The notes beneath the pieces were generated by a model, which was not told the DNA's origin, ran no database searches, and was given only the letters and a program-made list of their open reading frames with translations. Made by a program: the position numbers and the translations under genes. Positions 58,817 to 64,000 of a stretch of DNA of 64,000 nt are shown here, in pieces (the first letter of the stretch is position 1; the number at the start of each line of letters is the position of its first letter). The DNA lies in NCBI GenBank assembly GCA_041163765.1, contig JBEAQS010000098.1, forward strand, positions 2,255 to 66,254. The letters are read 5' to 3'. Origin of the DNA: Bacteroidota bacterium (GTDB lineage: Bacteria; Bacteroidota; Bacteroidia; Flavobacteriales; Flavobacteriaceae).

Positions 58817-59697
58817 GCGATCATCATCGCCCGCTCTCGAGCAATCAAGGTGTTTTTCAACAACATGGCTATGGTCATCGCTCCTACACCGCCAGGCACG
58901 GGTGTAATGTAGGAAGCTTTCTTGGAAACTGATTCAAAATCAACATCGCCCGTGATGTAATACCCTTTTGGCAAACGCGCATCTGGGATTCTGTGAATAC
59001 CTACGTCAACAACTACCGCCCCTTCTTTAATCATATCCCCTGTAACAAAATGAGGTACCCCAAGGGCGGAGACAACCACATCGGCTTGGAGTAGTAATTC
59101 TTTCAGGTTCTTGGTACGCGAATGAGCTAACGTGACCGTAGCATCTGCCCAAGTTCCTTTACGGCTAAGCAGCACACTCATGGGGCGACCTACTATGTGG
59201 CTTCTTCCGATCACAACGGCATGTTTCCCAGAGACCGAAATTTGATAGCGCTCTAAAAGCTCCATCACTCCATATGGGGTGGCGGGAAGGAATGTTTCTA
59301 AATCCAAACACATCTTTCCTACATTCACCGGATGAAAACCATCCACATCTTTGGCTGGGTCAATCGCCATGATGATTTTGTGTTCATCGATGTGTTTTGG
59401 CAAAGGCAATTGAACAATGAATCCATCAATTTCTGGATGGCGGTTTAGTTCGTCTATATGCTTTAAAAGAACTTCTTCAGTGACATCCTGGGGAAGTTTA
59501 ATCAACGTCGATTCAAATCCTATCTTTTGGCAAGAGCGCACTTTGCTTCCAACATAGGTTAAACTCGCACCATCTTCACCCACCAAAACGGCTGCTAAAT
59601 GCGGTACTTTTTGACCCGCTGCCTTCATTTTGGTCACAGTTTCCGCTATCTCTTCCTTGATTTGATTGGCGATTTTAAGTCCTTCTAACAATACCAT
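58813..59697 (-). CDS. folD: bifunctional methylenetetrahydrofolate dehydrogenase/cyclohydrolase
   Basis: YV..K.K, QLPLP.H, GRS.IVG.P and PVPGGVG.MT motifs. Confidence 0.95.
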   Translation of the reverse strand: MVLLEGLKIANQIKEEIAETVTKMKAAGQKVPHLAAVLVGEDGASLTYVGSKVRSCQKIGFESTLIKLPQDVTEEVLLKHIDELNRHPEIDGFIVQLPLPKHIDEHKIIMAIDPAKDVDGFHPVNVGKMCLDLETFLPATPYGVMELLERYQISVSGKHAVVIGRSHIVGRPMSVLLSRKGTWADATVTLAHSRTKNLKELLLQADVVVSALGVPHFVTGDMIKEGAVVVDVGIHRIPDARLPKGYYITGDVDFESVSKKASYITPVPGGVGAMTIAMLLKNTLIARERAMMIA

Positions 59698-59706
59698 AAA
59701 CTATAA

Positions 59707-61065
59707 TTATTTAGGACCCATGGATCCAGGAAACCCCGGAGGCATACCGCCCATCATTTGCATCATTTTTTTTGCACCACCACCCTGCATCATCTTCATC
59801 ATTTTACTCATCTGTTCAAATTGCTTCATCAACGCATTAACCTCTTCCAAGGTTCTTCCACTACCCTTGGCAATACGCTTTTTGCGATTTAAATCGATTT
59901 TATGCGGCTGAGAGCGTTCCATGGGAGTCATCGAGTGAATCATCGCCTCTACATATTTAAAGGCATCATCATCGATGTCAATGCCTTTCAATGCTTTTCC
60001 CACACCGGGAATCATCCCCAGAAGGTCCTTCATCGAACCCATTTTCTTGATTTGCTGTATTTGCGTCAAGAAATCATCAAAACCAAACGTGTTCTTGGCA
60101 ATCTTCTTTTGAATTTTTCGGGCTTGTTCTTGGTCAAACTGATCCTGAGCTCGTTCAACCAAGGAAATGACATCACCCATCCCTAAGATTCGGTCGGCCA
60201 TTCGTTCTGGATAGAACACATCAATAGCCTCCATTTTTTCACCGGTACCGATAAACTTAATCGGTTTATTCACCACTGACTTGATGGAAATAGCCGCTCC
60301 TCCTCGAGTATCGCCATCTAACTTGGTGAGTACTACCCCACCAAACTGCAATACATCGTGAAAAGCTTTAGCTGTATTTACCGCATCTTGACCCGTCATG
60401 GAGTCCACCACAAATAGTGTTTCTGAAGGGGAAATGTTTTTGTGAATCAAGGCGATCTCATCCATCATTTGCTGATCAACCGCCAAACGTCCTGCGGTAT
60501 CAACAATGACTACGTTATGGCCATGCGTTTTGGCGTACGCGATTCCCTCTTGAGCTATGGCCACTGGATCCTTTGAATCCTTATTAGAATACACGGCCAC
60601 GCCAATTTGTTCGCCCAAAATATGCAGCTGATCGATAGCTGCTGGACGATACACATCACAACCGACTAAAAGCGGTTTTTTAGTTTTTTTGGTCTTGAGG
60701 TATAGCGCCAACTTCCCGGCAAATGTAGTCTTACCTGAACCTTGTAATCCCGAAAGCAATACAACGGCAGGAGTACCGGTCAAGGTCAATTCTTGGGCAG
60801 ACCCACCCATAAGTTCAGTCAGTTCATCTTTAACGATTTTGACCATCAACTGACCTGGTTGCAAACTGGTCAACACCTGTTGCCCCAGTGCTTTTTCTTT
60901 GACTGACTGAGTAAAGTCCTTGGCGATTTTGTAGTTTACGTCCGCATCCAGCAACGCTCTTCTAACTTCCTTGAGCGTTTCAGCTACGTTGATTTCTGTA
61001 ATCTGCCCACGTCCTTTGAGCACGTGTAGCGCTCTATCTAACTTATCGCTTAACTGATCAAACAT
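59707..61065 (-). CDS. ffh: signal recognition particle protein Ffh
   Basis: NG domain (GLQGSGKTT, DTAGR, TKLDGD.RGGAA) and a Met-rich M domain. Confidence 0.95.
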   Translation of the reverse strand: MFDQLSDKLDRALHVLKGRGQITEINVAETLKEVRRALLDADVNYKIAKDFTQSVKEKALGQQVLTSLQPGQLMVKIVKDELTELMGGSAQELTLTGTPAVVLLSGLQGSGKTTFAGKLALYLKTKKTKKPLLVGCDVYRPAAIDQLHILGEQIGVAVYSNKDSKDPVAIAQEGIAYAKTHGHNVVIVDTAGRLAVDQQMMDEIALIHKNISPSETLFVVDSMTGQDAVNTAKAFHDVLQFGGVVLTKLDGDTRGGAAISIKSVVNKPIKFIGTGEKMEAIDVFYPERMADRILGMGDVISLVERAQDQFDQEQARKIQKKIAKNTFGFDDFLTQIQQIKKMGSMKDLLGMIPGVGKALKGIDIDDDAFKYVEAMIHSMTPMERSQPHKIDLNRKKRIAKGSGRTLEEVNALMKQFEQMSKMMKMMQGGGAKKMMQMMGGMPPGFPGSMGPK

Positions 61066-61095
61066 GGATAATTTCCTTTAAGTTCATCATCTGCT

Positions 61096-62859
61096 TTACA
61101 TTCTTTGTGGGGCATCGATACCCAATAAGCTCAAAGCATGCTCAATCCTTTGAGCTACCGCATCACATAACTGAATCCTGAATACCCTCAATGAAGCATC
61201 TGTCTCAGCTAGGATGGGTAAATTTTGGTATAGGGAATTAAACCCTTTGACTCCTTCATAGAGATAATTGGCCAAAAGCGCTGGAGAGTACTGGGCTGCA
61301 GCATGATCGATGACATGCGAATATCCCTGGATCCAGACCAGTAGGGATACCTCCTTTTCTGTGAGTTTAATACCGGAAATCGGTTGATCCATAGGTTCAG
61401 TCACCTTGCGTAAAATAGACTGAATACGCGCATAGGTATACTGGATAAAAGGACCTGTATTTCCTTGAAAATCAACTGATTCGTTTGGATCAAACAGAAT
61501 GCGTTTTTTCGGATCTACCTTGAGCAAATAATATTTAAGGGCACCCATTCCGATGCTGTGGTATAGCTGGGCTTTTTGTTGCTGATCCATCCCCTCAAGT
61601 TTACCCAACTCATCAGCTAAGCTCTGAGCTGTTTGCGACATATCGGAAATCAAATCATCTGCATCGACAACGGTACCTTCCCTGCTCTTCATTTTACCAG
61701 AAGGCAAGTCAACCATACCATAACTGAGGTGGTACAAATCATCTGCCCAGTGATAACCGAGTTTCTTGAGTATGAGAAAAAGCACTTTAAAGTGGTAATC
61801 CTGTTCGTTACCCACAGTGTATACCATACCGCCTACATCAGGAAAGTCAACCGCTCTTTGCAGGGCAGTACCCAGGTCCTGGGTCATATATACCGAAGTG
61901 CCGTCAGAGCGCAGTAATATCTTTTCATCCAGCCCATCTTCCGTGAGATCGATCCAAACACTTCCATCAGGTTTTCTAAAAAAAACACCTTGACTTAGTC
62001 CCTGTTCAACAACTTCTTTTCCCAACAAATAGGTGTCGCTTTCGTAATAATATTTGTCAAACGAAACACCTAACTGTTGGTAGGTTTGTTCAAACCCACT
62101 GTATACCCAAGAGTTCATCATCTTCCAAAGAGCCACTACTTCTGGATCTCCTGACTCCCACTGACGAAGCATTTCTTGAGCTGCGATGAGTATAGGTGCC
62201 TGTTGTTTCGCTTGTTCTTCAGAAAGCCCTTGAGCCATGGCTTGCTCCACCTCTTTTTTGTAGGCTTGATCGAAGGCCACATAATAACGCCCGACCAACT
62301 TGTCGCCTTTCACTCCGGATGATTCTGGGGTAACACCCGAGCCAAATAATTTCCACGCCAGCATGCTTTTGCAGATGTGGATTCCTCGGTCGTTGATAAT
62401 TTGTGTTCTATATACTTGGTATCCAGCCGCCTCGAGAATCCTAGCCACTGAATAACCCAAAAGATTATTTCGCACGTGTCCTAAATGAAGAGGCTTGTTG
62501 GTGTTGGGTGATGAATATTCTACCAATCGGGCCCCTCTGGAACCAGATGGATAGGGAGTTAATGTGGCTTGGTAAAGTTGAGCTATCCAATAATTGTCCG
62601 ACAGCTCGAGGTTTAAAAACCCTTTAACCACGTTGAAAGAAGCTACTTCTGAGAGTGATTCTACCAAATGTTCCCCTAAAGCTTGACCTATCTGTTCAGG
62701 CGATCCTTTGATATGGCGCATCATGGAGAACACGACTACCGTAATTTGACCGGCAAACTCTTTTTTAGTTGGCTGAATGTCGATCTGAGGCAAAACAACC
62801 CCATAACGCTTTTCCACCGCCTGGATCAATACGTGTTCTAACTGTTTTTCAAAGTGCAT
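61096..62859 (-). CDS. argS: arginine--tRNA ligase
   Basis: Class I signature SPN.NKPLHLGH, KMKSREG (KMSK-like) and a DALR anticodon-binding C-terminus. Confidence 0.95.
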   Translation of the reverse strand: MHFEKQLEHVLIQAVEKRYGVVLPQIDIQPTKKEFAGQITVVVFSMMRHIKGSPEQIGQALGEHLVESLSEVASFNVVKGFLNLELSDNYWIAQLYQATLTPYPSGSRGARLVEYSSPNTNKPLHLGHVRNNLLGYSVARILEAAGYQVYRTQIINDRGIHICKSMLAWKLFGSGVTPESSGVKGDKLVGRYYVAFDQAYKKEVEQAMAQGLSEEQAKQQAPILIAAQEMLRQWESGDPEVVALWKMMNSWVYSGFEQTYQQLGVSFDKYYYESDTYLLGKEVVEQGLSQGVFFRKPDGSVWIDLTEDGLDEKILLRSDGTSVYMTQDLGTALQRAVDFPDVGGMVYTVGNEQDYHFKVLFLILKKLGYHWADDLYHLSYGMVDLPSGKMKSREGTVVDADDLISDMSQTAQSLADELGKLEGMDQQQKAQLYHSIGMGALKYYLLKVDPKKRILFDPNESVDFQGNTGPFIQYTYARIQSILRKVTEPMDQPISGIKLTEKEVSLLVWIQGYSHVIDHAAAQYSPALLANYLYEGVKGFNSLYQNLPILAETDASLRVFRIQLCDAVAQRIEHALSLLGIDAPQRM

Positions 62860-62907
62860 TTCGAGGGCATTAAAGGCGCAAAAATAAGTTATTTTCGCGC
62901 TATTCCC

Positions 62908-63852
62908 TTAAGCGATCCGCATTGATTGTGGTAAAAATATCTCGGCCAACATACACCGAGCACTTCCTCCACCATAGGTCTCTATAGTGGTCAGCTCAGG
63001 GGCAACGATCACACATGACTCTTCGATGATACGTACTTGATTCGGCGTAAGACTCTTTAGGGCAGATTGACTCATCACCATCAATGGCCCATGAGTACCC
63101 CGTACCTCCAACATATTACCGGCAAACTGATGCATTTGAGCCTCTGTAATATCGATAATTTTCAACCCATCAGACTTTAGGTGTTGCAACACATTCTTTC
63201 TTTCCTTACTGTCTTTGATCGCACTGCTGCAAATCACTGCTACCTGACTACCCACACAGAGCATCACATTGGTGTGGTAAATAGGTGTGAGCTGTCCACC
63301 TACCGTTTGACTGGCTGTAAAAACAACTGGGGTGTACTCAAAATCCTCACAAAATTCGATAAATAGATCTTCATCTGTTCTTTGAGATAATGCGGCATAA
63401 GCTTTTTGATGGGGATGATCCAATACCATAGAACCAGTACCTTCTAAAAAAACACCGTCCAAAGCAGCCTCTGAGTAGTCATATACTTCCTCAATGAAAA
63501 ATCCTGCCGCTTCAATGGCCTCTAAAACACTGTCTGAACGCTCTTCCCTTCTATTTGGCGCTTTCATGGGATAAATAGCAACCCGTTGATCTGGATGAGT
63601 ACTGATCCAATTATTCGGAAAGTGTGCGTCCGGTGTATCCTTCTCTGGATCTGCTTGCACCACAACAACCTGAACTCCGTGTTCGCGCAACAAAGACACA
63701 AAGTCATCAAATTCTTTTTGGGCCAGCTCCAGTAGACTAGACGGATCAACAACATCCTTTTGTTGAAAATAGTTATCCTGAGCTGTTTGCTCATTTGACC
63801 TAAATTGACTGGGGCGCACCATTAAAAGCGCATGGGTAGTTTGTTGTCTCAT
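62908..63852 (-). CDS. amidinotransferase-superfamily hydrolase (CtlX-like, arginine deiminase-related)
   Basis: C-terminal GGGSARCM active-site Cys motif of the guanidino-group-modifying enzyme fold. Start set to the ATG at 63852, which forms an ATGA overlap with the upstream gene's stop. Confidence 0.65.
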   Translation of the reverse strand: MRQQTTHALLMVRPSQFRSNEQTAQDNYFQQKDVVDPSSLLELAQKEFDDFVSLLREHGVQVVVVQADPEKDTPDAHFPNNWISTHPDQRVAIYPMKAPNRREERSDSVLEAIEAAGFFIEEVYDYSEAALDGVFLEGTGSMVLDHPHQKAYAALSQRTDEDLFIEFCEDFEYTPVVFTASQTVGGQLTPIYHTNVMLCVGSQVAVICSSAIKDSKERKNVLQHLKSDGLKIIDITEAQMHQFAGNMLEVRGTHGPLMVMSQSALKSLTPNQVRIIEESCVIVAPELTTIETYGGGSARCMLAEIFLPQSMRIA

Positions 63853-64000
63853 TTGATTCGATGTAATGGCAGGGTGCTGCACCGCAACATCCCGCCCTGT
63901 TTAGCAATTTCTTTATACGATACTTCTTCCACGATCAGCCCCATGGACCTCATCCAGGTATTAATTCTCACCAAACGGGATTCTGAGACAACTACACGGG
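63849..64000 (-). CDS. 3' end of a second amidinotransferase-superfamily gene (DDAH/arginine deiminase-like), partial
   Basis: Open frame from the window edge: ...GLIVEEVSYKEIAKQGGMLRCSTLPLHRIK-stop. GG.LRC resembles the catalytic Cys motif. Only 50 codons are visible. Confidence 0.45.
   Translation of the reverse strand, partial: RVVVSESRLVRINTWMRSMGLIVEEVSYKEIAKQGGMLRCSTLPLHRIK

Noticed and set aside
1-64000. Search for a novel defense system, mobile element or accessory island across the whole window.
   Set aside because: Every gene of substantial size is either a recognisable housekeeping, envelope or regulatory function, or a small envelope lipoprotein. There are no nucleases, ATPases, reverse transcriptases, TIR or Sir2-like proteins, transposases, integrases or phage genes. 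There are no direct or inverted terminal repeats, no spaced repeat arrays, and no obvious compositional break by eye. The tRNA pair at 30070-30286 has no adjacent integrase or attachment-site-like repeat.

Overview
This window is a densely packed, largely housekeeping stretch of a Bacteroidota chromosome, most likely class Flavobacteriia. Three things support that placement. Several promoters match the Bacteroidetes TTG-N19-21-TAnnTTTG type. Start codons sit behind A-rich regions with no Shine-Dalgarno sequence. The gene content also fits: an rpmB-rpmG-DUF4295 cluster, a split transketolase, a 754-aa aconitase and LptF/G. I call about 64 protein genes, two of them cut by the window edges. They include thrS-infC-rpmI-rplT, rny, zapA, dnaB, accA, tgt, queE, ffh, ftsY, argS, htpG, recR, rimO, folD, aroE and aroK. 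I also call two tRNAs (Lys-UUU, Leu-GAG), several clean intrinsic terminators and a set of promoter boxes. I corrected many ORF-track starts, mostly spurious N-terminal extensions, plus infC, which must start upstream at a non-canonical codon. I see no CRISPR array, transposase, integrase, phage or defense-type genes, no large repeats, and no compositional island. I therefore do not find a convincing novel multi-gene system; this reads as ordinary core genome. The most interesting item is a roughly 160-nt, 6S-like rod-shaped ncRNA candidate in the non-coding zapA-rny spacer. Lesser items are an AUA-type start for infC, four cases of TAnnTTTG-N4-ATG geometry that suggest leaderless mRNAs, a Cys-rich insert in ornithine aminotransferase, tight queE-ykgJ coupling, and a few uncharacterised envelope proteins. 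All functional calls come from motif and sequence recognition by eye, with no database search.
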